A stretch of DNA of 64,000 bases from Azolla caroliniana. Its lineage: Eukaryota; Plantae; Polypodiophyta. The position numbers and the translations under genes are program-made. The stretch is taken from contig JBHGNT010000001.1 in assembly GCA_043228905.1 (NCBI GenBank), forward strand, positions 35,712,001 through 35,776,000. Direction: 5' to 3'. Shown piece by piece: positions 34,706 to 47,573 of this stretch; position 1 is the first letter of the stretch; each line of letters starts with the position of its first letter. A model generated the notes under the pieces. The model did not search any database, was not told where the DNA came from, and saw only the letters and a list, made by a program, of their open reading frames with translations.

Positions 34706-37700
34706 ATGGAGTTACCCAGAGGCGATGCCGAGGGTTCTTGGCCTGAACATGAAACCCGACAAATTCTGACTCGAACCTCTTCCTTGGATTCCGAAGAAGC
34801 TCTTCTTCCAGGTACCCCTTTAGCAGAAGCAAACGCTCAGACGTGTATCCTGCTCCATAGCTCGCAAACCGTGGAAATGGAAAGTGGTAAGGAAGCTCCT
34901 TCCTCTTCATTTTTATCATTTTCTTTCGTAACTATAGGTGTCTGTCAAATCGTGCTTCTTAATGAAAACGCAGCAGTAAAAGAAGGTGAAAAGGAGGCAG
35001 AAAAATTGGTTACTATAAATGATGTGGAGATTTTGGTTCCTGAAATCGCATCTCCTGTTGCAAGGGATGATTTTTGCTCTACTGAACTTACTAGGATTTA
35101 TAGTAAGGATGGTATGGGAGATTCTCAAGAAACAATTGTGACGAGTGAAGTGAAGATTGATGATAATGATATAGACAAGGCTATTGAACTCCCTGATGTG
35201 GTTGCTAATGAGGTCCAGATGTTTGATGAAGCATTCATGGCTGAAAAAATGCTAAGCTCATCAAAAAAGCACATGATTCTCTCTTCATTGGATGAGCTGG
35301 CAAATGAAGATGAAGGCTGTAGTGGCGTTGTAGGGAAAACAATGGCAGAAGGTAAGGAATATTCAGTCCCAGTAAGAGACTCGGCTTCATTTGTAAATAA
35401 AGATTCATTTTTTGCGTGCAAGCAAAGATAGATTTCCATTTTCATATGTAAGTAAAGAATCATTCTTATTAGTGTGTGCAATAAAGATTCATTTCCATTC
35501 CTGTACACAAATAAAGATTCATTTTCCTAGTGCAGCTAAAGATTCATTTGCATTTTTAGGCACAAATAAATATTCATTTCTGTTGCAGATAAAACTATCA
35601 GCACACCTGATCTGGGACAAGAAGATCAAAAGCATATAGATGGATTTGATGCTCATATTGATCCAGAGGTTCCTCTCCCTGGAATATTGCCCGCTGATGT
35701 TGCTGGGTTTCCTTCTACCGGTCATTCTGTTCTCTATGAAACCACTGGTATCACGACTTCCCCAGAAACAAATATGGAAAATGAAGTCAAACGTGATGTT
35801 GATACCACGGATAGGGAGTTGGAAGTGTCTGGTGCTGCATCTGTCCATGGTACTTCTTCTGCCAATGAGTATTCAGGTGCAATGATTGTGAAGGAATCCT
35901 TCTCATTTGGGCATGATATGTATCTCGGTGATGATGGTTCTTCGTGGAATTCTGTTCCTGGGACAGATGGTATAGCTGGAGAAAGAATTGAATTTCATGG
36001 TGAATTCGAGACTTTTGAGATGGAGAATCTCAAGAACAGTGCAGTTGACGAGTTACAAGAAGCTGAACAGGGTAATACAGATGGATTAGTTGATGCTCCT
36101 AATGCCGATGTTGCCTCATGCACTGAGTTATCTACTGAGATTATCTCTGGAATCAAAATGGAATGTACAAACACTGCTACTTGTGCTGTTGAGCAACCAA
36201 GAAACAGGGTATTTGATGATGGAATGAAGTTTTCAGAGTTCTTGAATATACATAGCAGTGACAAAGAGACTCAGCATGAGGACCTGCCTTGTTCTAGCAT
36301 CAATGATACCCTTAGTAGTGTGGCTCATCTCAAGGTTTCTCCTGAACGGAGACCTGAGAAAATGGATTCTAGCCCTGGGAGACAAGTGAAAGATGATGAA
36401 TCCGTGAGTTGTGCTGTTGGACATCAAATAAACATGCTGGTTGATGATGAAGTGGTGCTTTCAGAGTCTTTGAATACACATGATAATGATGAAGGTACTC
36501 AGCCCAAAGAACCACTTTGTTCTAGCATCAATAACAGTCTGTCCAATATCCCTGATCTTGGGGTTGTTCCCGGTAAAACAGAGAAAAACATTGTGGTTCA
36601 GTTTGAAATGGACCCTACAGAGCCCTCAAATGCACATGATAGTGATGAAGGTGGTCATCCTGAGAAATTTTGTTGTCTTAGAACCATTAGTTGTGGTGCT
36701 AATCTTGAAGTTAGTCAGAGTATAAAGCCAGAGAATATTGAGGCTAGTCCTGATAAAGAAGTGAAACATCAAGAGTCTGTGACTTGTGTTGTGGAGCAGC
36801 CATTGGACATGGTGATCGATGGTGGAGTGAAGCTGTCAGAGACTTTGAATCCACATGATAATGACATATGTGTTCAGCCTGAGGAAATGTATAGTGCTAG
36901 TGTCAATAGACCTTTTATCGGTGTTGCCAATCTTGGGGATCCTCAGACAAGAGAATCTGAGGAAACTGTGATTGGCCCTTGCAACGAGTTGAAACTTGAA
37001 GAGTCAGTGAATTGTGTGGTTCAGCAGCCATTAACCATGGGAGTTAATGATGGAATGAAAATTTCAAACTCCTCACATAACAGAGGTTCTCAGTCTGAGC
37101 AACTGCCTTGTGCCACTCGGAGTAATCTTGCTGACCTTTGTGCTTTTGAAAGGGTAAGACCTGAGGAAATTGAGATTAGCCCTAGGAGAGAAGTGAATGC
37201 TGAGGAGCCTGTGACCTGTGCTGTTGACCAGCCACCGAACATGGTGGTTGACCGTGGAATGAAGCAATCAACATCCTCGGAGACACACGATAGTGACATG
37301 GCTAGTCAGCCCGAGGAGCTCCCTGTTCACAGAATAGAAGCTGAGATAATTGACTTTATCCCTGACAGAGAAGTGAAGAGTTTTGTTGTTGATCAGCAAC
37401 CGAACATGGTGGTTTATGGCGAACATATGCCTTCAGATGGATTGAACACGCATGATAATGACACAGGTGCTCTACCTGAGAATAATACTACTCTTAGCAG
37501 TGTTGTTCTTGAAGGCGCTGACAGAATAGAAGCTGAGCAAATTGACAACAAAGAAAACAATGTAGAATGTCATAATCTTGTTACTGATGACAATGCTAGT
37601 AATTTGAACAATTATGCTGGTGTTAATTCTCTGCAAAAACACGAGCTAGATAAGGAATGGAATCTTGATGAGGGGATTGGACTGGACACTAATCTTGATA

Positions 37701-40700
37701 TTACAAATAGACCTGTATCTGAGCATGAAAGAAAATTGCACCTTCTTCAATCTATGGTAAATGCCCAAGATCTACGGCCTCATCTTGAACCTTCATCTGA
37801 CATAGGTGACACCGAGCAACTTGGATCATCAGGAACCCGGGATCTTGAAGCAGAATTGGAGTCAGATAAAGTGTCTGATGGAGATTTTTACCAACATCCA
37901 TTGCAGAAAATTGAGGTTGATGAGGAATCAAATCCTAATGAAGAGGTTGAGAGAGATATGGAGCTTTCTGAATCCAAGCCAAGTGTTCAAGATGTACTGG
38001 ACGAGGCTGAGAGTGAACTCGAACCTCATGAAGGGGTTGAGCTTGATGCTAATCTTGATACTTATATATCTGAGAATGAAAGAAAAAAGAACTTTCCTGA
38101 ATCTAACCTAAATGACGAAGATCTACAGGATGATCTTGGTCCTTCATCTGAAGGTGTTAGTACTGAGAAGCAGCAGCATCGGAAACGGGGAAGGAAGGCT
38201 GGAAAGAAAGTAACACATAGTGAAGGTAAATCTAAAATCAGTGGATAGATTATATACTTGGGATGGCTCATTTAATAGGAACTTGTTTTTGCAGAGAAAC
38301 AAACTCATGAAAGTGACATACTGGAGCATCAGCAGTCACGTAAACGTGGCCGGAGGCTTGGTACAAAAGCAATGCAGAAGGAGGAAGAGGATGTTTGCTT
38401 TGTTTGCTGTGATGGTGGAAAGTTGATTCTTTGTGACAAAAGGCTAGTACTGCTCTTTCCCTTTCCTGTGCTCTGCATGTGCTAAGCTCATAATCACATT
38501 TATAGATATTTTCTTTGATTGTCCACAGGTCATGTCCTAAGGCTTACCATCTAGAGTGTACTGGAAGGCAATCTGATTTTTTCCAAAGAAAGGGACAGTG
38601 GTTTTGCGGTAATGAAGATTTGTTTCATAGTGTTAAATTGAGCATTTTCTGCCCATGACAATTGTGGGCTTACGCTGAACAATATTTTCTGACATTGTAA
38701 TGAAAATCTGGAAACTTTTAGGTTGGCACGTGTGTGCTCAATGTTCAAAATCTGCAACAATTCATTGCTTCACATGTCCACGTGCACTCTGCAACAATTG
38801 CCTGAAGGAAGGTAACTTCCACTGCATAACAAAGAACCGAGGCCTGTGTGAAGGCTGTTATCTGATGGCTTATATGATTGAGCATAATGAGACTGTAAAT
38901 GCTGATGGTGTAAGTCCTTTCGTCAATGCTACTGCTAGATCAAAATTTTCAAGGGTATGTCTTTTGTCTTATGATTGTTCTGGCTGACCGATGCATAACA
39001 GGTTCAAGTTGATTTCAACGATCAAGAAACATATGAAGGCTTATTTAATGAGTATTGGCAAGACATCAAATTAAAACACTCCCTTACATCAGCTGATCTT
39101 GATAAGGCTGGAAAAACCAAAGGTGGTTATGATGTACTCGCTGACAGTGGTGTTAATGATGATCCAGAAGAGGCCATGGGAGATGAAGAATGCGGCAGCT
39201 CAGATTCTGAAGATAAGCTGCCAACAACACGACAGTTACGACTGATGAAACGGAAGAGGATAACTAGAAGTTCTGCTGTAGAAAATGTGAGTACTAGTGA
39301 ACTTGAGGAGGATGATGATAATGATGAATTTGAAAATATGCCAAAAAGAAGCCGCATAAAGGCTCTAGAATTTGATGGTTGGGCATCGAAAGAGCTGAAA
39401 GAACTTGTACAATACATGAAAGAAGATCCAAAGAAGCAGTTGCCTCTCTTTGGAGTAAAGAAGCTCTTGTGGCGTTACATCGATAACAACAATTTGACTA
39501 ATCCTCGTAGAAGGGGTCAAATTATATGTGATGAAAGGTTGCAGAAGATTTTTGGCAAGAAACGTGTTGGGAGATTTGAAATGATGAAGTTGATTAGCCT
39601 TCATGTTGCCACTCCAGTTAAAACTGCAGCCAACAAGGCTTGGGAGTCCCAACCAGGTGAAAATGATGCAGCAGAAACCTATGGTGGCGATGAGAATTTG
39701 CTGGGTAAGAAGAAGTCAAGAAGGAAAGGAGATGACAAGCGCTTAAAGCCCGATCCTTCAGAATATGCTGCAGTTAATGTGAAGAACATGAACCTCATTT
39801 ATTTGAAAAGGTCTATCTTGGATGAACTCCGAAATGATCCTGATCTTGAAAGCAAGGTAGTTGGCGCCTTTGTACGAATACGAGTTCCAAGCATGGTAAA
39901 TAAGAATGACACATGCTATCGGCTTGTACAAGTTGTAGGTGAGTTTTGTTCCCTCCTTTATAAGTATTTTTCCTTTTGGTAATTGTAATAGAGGATTCTG
40001 TATCACTGTGCTGATTACCATTCCTTGCTTCAGGTGCAAAGCAAATTTATGATGCTCTTGACCCAGAGAAGGTTACTGATGTCATACTGGAAATTTTGAA
40101 TCTTCACAAACGTGAAGAAGTCACAGCTGATTTAGTCTCCAATCAGGACTTTCTGGAGGTATGAGATTAGCTGATTGTTCTTTCTTATAAACTGGTGCAC
40201 AATTTTAGATGTGACACTGGGATTTTTCATTATCTTTGATATTTTTGGTCCCTCTTAGCACATGTGTTCTTGAGTCGCTAGAGTTCATGCAGATTACTGA
40301 AAACCAGATTCTTTAGTCTCTTTTTATCTTATTTACTTTTATATTTACCTAGAAATATTTATTTTATTTTGTTAATATACCTTTCTTTCCTACCCACTAC
40401 TCGCTCCGAGAGTGGATGAAGTGGATGAATACCACGAAATCAATTAGAAATGGTTTGTAATGCCTGTAATATTTGAAGCAGGTGGTCGCTTGGTACTGTG
40501 GTCAATGCTTTGTTAGAGTCCTCAAAAGAGAAATAAACTTTCCGTCATTTGCATTGCTGTGGGGGTCGACATCATTGAGGGTAGAGAGAGTCATGTCTGA
40601 GTTCGCCTTCCCTTAGCTTGAATGCCAATTGTATCATACCGTGAAGAAATAGCTTTTTCCCCATTCCCCAGTGAGAAGACTATTTTCTAGTTAAAACATC

Positions 40701-43500
40701 AAGCCCTGACTTTGCCACATTATTCCATGTACACAACTGTTTTGCCTTTGCTCTCCCCTCCTCCATTCTCCCCACACCCTCAAACTACTACCCCCCTGGC
40801 CACTATACTTACTGAACCCTCCCCGTCCTTTGCATTTATCTCTTTTTGCCTTTTGCTTTTTAGCATTTGCTCCAAATTTTCTTGCTCGCACTTATGTTGC
40901 TCAATTTCTTCCACATTGCTAAAAATGCCTGATGATGTTACATATCGAAAATTGATGATTATGTATGTTGAAAGTATGTTTCAATATATATGTTGTGGTT
41001 TTGTAACAGGAGGAATGTCAACGACTTAGACAGAGTGTAAGGTGTGGATTGATCAAGACAATGACGGTGGTTAGTGACTGATTTTTATGTAAACTTGATG
41101 TCAAAGGTGAAATAATACTTGATTCTTAATGAGCTTGTATGCCTTTAAATTCAGGGTGAACTTGAAGAGAGAGCAAGAGCCCTTAGGGAGGTCAAAGTTA
41201 AAGATGTGAGTATTAGGAGTCATTGACATGAATAGTTTGTAACAGTGTATCTCTCGTAACACTTTTGACTATCACATTATCTGCAAGTAATGCAATATTA
41301 TATATATGCTAGCATTAATATTTTGCAGTTTTTGGTATCAAGATCATGATTGTGAATTTTTTTCTTGGCTTTATTGTAGTGGTTTGAAAATGAGCTTCTG
41401 AGGCTCAGCCATCTTCGGGATAGGGCAAGTGAGCAAGGTCGTAAAAGAGAATATCCTTTTATAAGATCTCATTTTAATGTGGATTGAGGCAATAATCAGG
41501 TTTTAAGTGTTTTAAATATGTTAATAATCAGAAAATGAGATTTCCTTGACAAATGTTCTAGCACGTTAAGAGAGTGCGTCGAGAAACTTCAGCTGTTAAG
41601 CAATCCAGATGAGAAACAGAGGCACTTGCATGCACCTTTTGACATAGATGCAGACCCTTACATGGATCCAAATTTTGAGAGTGATGATGAGGACCTTCCG
41701 CCAGATGACAGTCCAGGTACCAGTTTATGAATGATTCTGTTTGTTGTGCTCTAGGAATCAGATTATCCAGAAAGTATAAGAATCAGAATTAATTTGTGCT
41801 TACGGATTTCAGGAGAGGCAGGAGGTGGTTACAGCATGCAAGAGAGAGTCTCAGCTACACGAACATTTGATAGAGGTGCAGGTGCAGGCAGTACTGTGAA
41901 ATTCCAGAGTCATTGGGATGATGGGAACTTTGCAGAATTGCAGGATACCCAGTGGAAGGCATCTGGATGGAGTGAAAAGGATTCAGGTCACAAGGACAAT
42001 GTTAAACCATATATGGGTATGCAATCTGAGGCCCGAAGTTTAGCAAATGAAAAGAATACTTTCCCTGCACAAGGGAGAGCTAATTGGGGAGACAGTGCAT
42101 CTGGCAGAGATAAAACTGCCAGCTGGAATTCCCAGGGAAGTGCTGGCAGAAAGGAAGTTCGGTGGGGAAATAATGTAGAAAGAAGTCGTTGGGGGGATGA
42201 TACATCAGATATACTTGATGCAGATATTAGCATCAATTCTCTGCATGGCCGAATGCAACAAAAATCATCTACCAGTGTAGCATCATCATCTATTGTTTCA
42301 TCTGTTTATACTTCTGGATTACCAGCTGATGCTTCTGTTGCTGGTATAACCAATACTATAACTCCAGTTGATAGCGAAAAGGAGAAAATATGGTGTTATC
42401 TGGATCCGACGAAGACCATACAGGGTCCATTCACCATGGAGCAACTTCGTAAATGGGAGAAGACAAACCTTTTTCCCTTGGATCTGCGGATTTGGAGGGT
42501 GACCGAGTCTCAAGATGCATCGATTTTCCTAACAGATGCTCTTACTGGGAATTTTTCAAAGAAGCCTCCCCAGGAACGTCAGAGTCATACACAGTGGCCT
42601 AATAGCTTTCCTCCGACACCTACAGATGTGCTTAATAGAGGACCAGCACAGTTAGTGAACACAGGTGGATTTAGTCTAGGATCACAGGGAAGTGCGGCGA
42701 ATGGTTTCCCACTTGGCCATATGCAAGGTGCAAATGTGCAGAGTTTAAACTCTGCTCCAGGATCAAGTGGCCATGGTTTCCCTCCACAAATGCCAGCTGT
42801 CCATGGTTATCCTCCTGGTCCAAGCCAGACACAACAAATGCATGGTTTTTCTCCAGGCACTCAAGCTTCTAGCATTCACAGTTTTCCCCCGGGTCCTACT
42901 CAAGGATCCTATGTGACTTATCCTCAAGTTCCAAATCAACTACCTTACATGAGCAATTCTCCTCGAGGGGGTCCGATACAGGTGTCAAAAAGCTATCCAA
43001 ACGTGCCAATGCAACCGGGGCAGAATGTAACGGGCTTTCCTCAGAACACTTATGCACCGGTGCCCAGTGCTGCGGTCGGCCATATTCAACCGCGGCCTCG
43101 TTTTAATGCTCCTCTAAATGCTCCAAGCACCAGCAATTTCCCAATGAGCACCAACAATGCAGGCTTTGGATCCTCCAATCCTGTTGGAGACTTCCGAAAT
43201 ACTTCTCTGCCTATCAGAGCAGGGCAAGATCAACTCCCTGTACCCAACCAAATGGACGATGGTGCATGGAGTCATGGGCGGAGATCAATGAATGCCAGAG
43301 GAACCCAAAGTCCAGGTTTTGCTACTGATAGTAAGGATGGGTCTAGCCAAAGGAATTTTGGTGGTGCTCCAAAATTTAGAGGCTCGGATCAATACCAAGC
43401 AAATGATGGCCGGTTTGCATCAAAGAAGGATTTATTTTGCAGGTTTTTTGCCAAAGGATTATGCCGGAAGGGTCAGGATTGTGATTTCAAGCATGAGTGA
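34706..43500 (+). CDS. NERD-like protein: long acidic N-terminus, then PHD, SWIB/MDM2, Plus3, GYF and a C-terminal CCCH zinc finger
   Basis: [27 protein letters not shown] (PHD); EFDGWASKEL...QIICDERLQKIFGKKRV (SWIB); LIYLKRS...GAFVRIRV...YRLVQVVG (Plus3); WCYLDPTKTIQGPFTMEQLRKW (GYF); CRFFAKGLCRKGQDCDFKH (CCCH). Exons: 34706-35351 (possible 51-bp intron 34887-34937), 35589-38225, 38295-38442, 38529-38608, 38722-38909, 39002-39938, 40034-40158, 41010-41069, 41155-41205, 41380-41450, 41565-41716, 41813-43500. Confidence 0.92.
35398..35580. repeat. Degenerate intronic tandem repeat of about 28 bp
   Basis: About six copies of the core TAAAGATTCATTT. Confidence 0.7.
41451..41564 (+). other. U12-type AT-AC intron
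   Basis: 5' site ATATCCTTTT, branch site TTCCTTGAC (41542-41550), 3' end AC; splicing restores RASEQGRKRE-LRECVEKLQLL. Confidence 0.92.
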
Positions 43501-44637
43501 TGATGGCTCTTAATGGTCAATGATTTCAAGCATGAGTGCTGGTTACAGTTGTAGGTCTGGTGACATAGCTTAGGTAATTCTCCCCACAACTATTTTTCAA
43601 GTGTGCAGGGTTATAGCTACAGTGAGGAGAGCATGTGAATAGGATTCAATAAAGAGCAAGATGCTATCAGCAAATGTAGAATCAGGTTTAGATGTATTAT
43701 ATATAGCAATTGTTTTTTCTTTTAACATTATGTAGAGTCTGGCTGCCCTATATATGGCTCCTTATTTTCTGTTAATTGCTTGATATCGGCACGATGAAGA
43801 AAAACATTTAAGTGTATTTTGAACACGAGAACTTGCACATACATGTTCCATTTTGCGAAGTGTATGCTTTTTACAAACAAATAGAAACACATTTTTATGA
43901 TATTTGTATCATTTGATGCAAATCAAAAGTTGTTACTACTGATCATCTGCTGATCTTTAATCGATTTAAAATCTTATATGATCTTGAGGTGTTAGGAGTG
44001 ATTTTCTTTATTCTGTATACTAACAGTATAATTAGTGGTATTATCATTTGTTGCTCTCTATACCTTTTTTTCTTGATGCTAGTTTAATCTGTATTGTATT
44101 TATGTATCAATAACTTAGCCATTTTCAATTCTTTTGCGTGATACATTCTACACTGAGGTAAATATGTGTATCCATGCAAGTCAGCATTGTTTGACTTTGG
44201 ATATGAAAAATTGGATTTTGGTGTTATTGGTTCACATACCTGTATCTAAAGCAGAACGTTATATGTGATAAGCAATTGATAATGCTTGTAGTAGTTGGAA
44301 AAGAAGAAAAATGGGTCCAATGATTCGTGATTCGTGATATTGATTTTGTCCTTGCAACACAGTTTTGGCTATATTGTTAGTGGGCACGATGCTAGTAGTA
44401 TAGTGATTATTGAGAGCCACTTTATTTCTTCTACTTGGCACTACCCTACGATCAGATACTCAACAATGTTATTATTTGACTTTGTGTAACCAGTAGATTA
44501 TAAACTTGACATATATTAATTGTAAATACAAACTTGGATGATATTTCCTGAGGGACAATTACTTATGAAAGGCAATTAACATCCAAACCTAATACCATCA
44601 TTGAGAAACAAATGGTGTCTACTTAGCAACCATGGTA

Positions 44638-45477
44638 TGTGAAAGGAAAGTTGCAGGTTTGGAAACTCACGCTGATACTCTATAGGAACAAGACACTACA
44701 CAAACACCCTTTCCCTTGGATTTTGTGATCAGTGTCTCCGAAGTAATCTCACCGACTCTTCATGTGTTGCTTTGGAGGTTCGCTATCCAATAGCCATAAG
44801 TTTGCTAACGGTTCAATACTTGTACGCAGAAGCCCCCCTAGCTTTGCTTGATCTAGAAGCATTAGAATCTTGGCCACTAATTTTTGTTGTCTTGAGTTAT
44901 GTGCCATACTCTACGACGTTTATGACACCTTCAACCGAAGGATCGTCGTGACGTTCTAAACCATGACCACTAGCTGGCAACATGCTCTTACTGCTTAGTG
45001 CACGTGAGACCCTATATAAGGGCATCTCATCTAGACACAAACAAAGGGAGGATAAGAAGGAAATATTTGGCCATCAAGAAATAAAAGTTTAATTCAGGAG
45101 ATTAAAAATGATATGATCTAGTTTAATTAAGTAGGATTTCTATAGGCTAAATGAGTAAGTTTTAAATGATCGTTTTAAGAAATTCTAATTTTAAATTAAA
45201 TTATCCATGAAGGGCTTAAGTACATTACTATTCTTGTAATGAATCTAACCTCGATTTATTTAAATTAAGAGATAATTTAAAATTAATGATAAAATATTAG
45301 GGCTTTACTATAATTATCTTAACCTTCTTATGTAATATATATGGTAGTAAAAGTATGTATGTGGATTACCTAGCTCTCATGATTTAATTAGTTAAATGCA
45401 TGCTTTTATAATTTAATTATTTATGTACTCTTTCATTATTAAGATTGGAACTAATAACTCTTTATTTTGGGCTCACA
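44638..45477 (-). mobile_element. Putative old solo LTR
   Basis: TGTGA...TCACA termini and an internal CCCTATATAAGGG; the TSD is not preserved. Confidence 0.3.
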
Positions 45478-47158
45478 GTATATACTGTACTGTAATCCTT
45501 ATCCACTTCGAATGATCAATAAAGTTTTGTCTTTTAGAATCAAGATCAAAAGAGTAATTAAAAAACAAATTTAAACTTATATCCTGAGTAAAAAAATAAA
45601 AAAATAAATAAAAATTTAACCCGATTTTACCCCCTATTGGGGTATCACACTTGTGTTGTATTCTTATGGATCCATATGGAGGAGGAGGACTGTGTCATGC
45701 CTCTAGGATCTAGAAGTAGCGACTTCTGTGAGCATATTGCAAAGCGATTTTGTTGAAACTCCTTGCCTGGATATTATATTTGAAGGGTACATTTCCAGTG
45801 GATGACCATAAAACTCACTGGGACAAATTATCTCATTTAGGAGCTGTGAATCTTGATCCCTCACTAATTCTAGGGTATAGTATGCTAAAATTGAGGTGTA
45901 ACTCTTGTGTTGGTTTTCACACAAGCTCGGCTTTAGCCATTTTATGCAGTGATGAATTGTAGTGATTATTGAAATAATTTCTATGGGCGAATAAAACAAC
46001 GTTTGGGGCCTCATCATCAACTTGATGGTCGCGTGTTTTTCACTACTGTAAAAAGAGAAATGATCTGCAATGGCGCAAATCCTTCCCTTTTGTAGCTGTG
46101 GCTTTGAAATCAAAATGGAAATGGGCCATGATTCATGAGCAATCAAATGAATCTTGAGCAAACATTAGATCCCACATCCCACATAAAGTTCAAAGCACAT
46201 GTCATATATTTGATATTGAAATTGTTTAAATTAACCGTATTCAGAAACTGTATTTACTATGGGAAGCATTCTTGGTCATGGGAGATACATGCAATTCGTT
46301 TTATTCTGCAAATTCACCAGATTCAGAGTGTTTCATGTGAACAAGCTCAAGGCCAGGAACATAAAAAAAGGCAATGGTAGCAAGACGAAGTGGTATATGC
46401 GAATTTTTCCATGTGAGGGAATATTCAGCATGCAAGGATGAGACAAATGTGGACTATAAAATGGAATTATATCATTTAGACTGTGCATTTGTTTTCATTG
46501 CAAAGGCATGACTCATGAATTGAGCGTAGAGCGAACTAATATTTTGCCTTTCACTAAAGAATACCAGGTGATGCTTCCATTACAAGTTTCCTAACCCTAA
46601 AGTTTCAAACGAAAGTCCTAACCCTAAAAATCCAAACGAAAGCTCCTAACACAAGATTCCTGACCCAATCACGTCTAAATTATGACTTAAAACAGTAAGA
46701 ATCATCTTCTGGATTTCGACTTATTCTTCTTGTGAGAGAGACATTTCAACCAGAGGGCACTTATAAAATTGCATTAGGGATCCACACAAATCCATTTCGT
46801 GAGAAGTTTCAAATATGGATTTCAGTTAAATTATTATTTTCCCAGTGCATTTGAGGGAAAAAAAATCCTCCTTTGTGATGTCCAGAGATAAAAAAACCTA
46901 AGATTACGAGTCCTGATTTAATAGGTCATGCTTGTTGAATTGCTCACAACTCAAGGCGAGGGCCTGAATTTCATGAAAAAAGTAGCATGTTCTATAATTG
47001 TTGTGCAAAGATACACACTTTAGCAGAAACACACATTCACGCGCCATTAAAAGGTAAAGTTTCCATACTACTTTTTTTTTTACACACCTTTAGACATCAT
47101 CAGTTAGAATTAGCTAGGAGGTTCTTTCTAGTTCACACACAACATGTGCATGTGCGCA

Positions 47159-47189
<31 letters not shown>

Positions 47190-47511
47190 TTCTACTTCTC
47201 CTTTATCAATTGAGACTCGAGATGGAGAAAACATTTCCAAGTCACACTATTACACTTATAAATCAATTTTTATAGTAGAGATCAACTTTACACCCCCTTT
47301 TATTTCATTGCAAGACTTTACATTGTCAATGAATTCTAAATTAGAGAAACTTTAATTGTTATCTACCTGCCAATCCAAAAGTCTTCTTCTTTATCCCTTC
47401 CTTCGTTTGCCCAACTACCAAAAACATAGACGGTCACTTGTTTTGACTAGCCAAGATTCGATCCCAGAGCCCTCTTCTTTATCCCTTCATTCGTCTACAA
47501 AGTTACCGAAA

Positions 47512-47515
<4 letters not shown>

Positions 47516-47572
<57 letters not shown>
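47516..47572. repeat. (CA)n microsatellite
   Basis: Directly visible; similar tracts at 49691-49747 (CA), 55544-55590 (CT), 56808-56838 (GA) and 34298-34317 (poly-G). Confidence 0.95.

Positions 47573-47573
<1 letters not shown>

Noticed and set aside
46590-46660. Interstitial telomeric array
   Set aside because: Only two or three isolated AACCCTAA motifs inside a small degenerate repeat.
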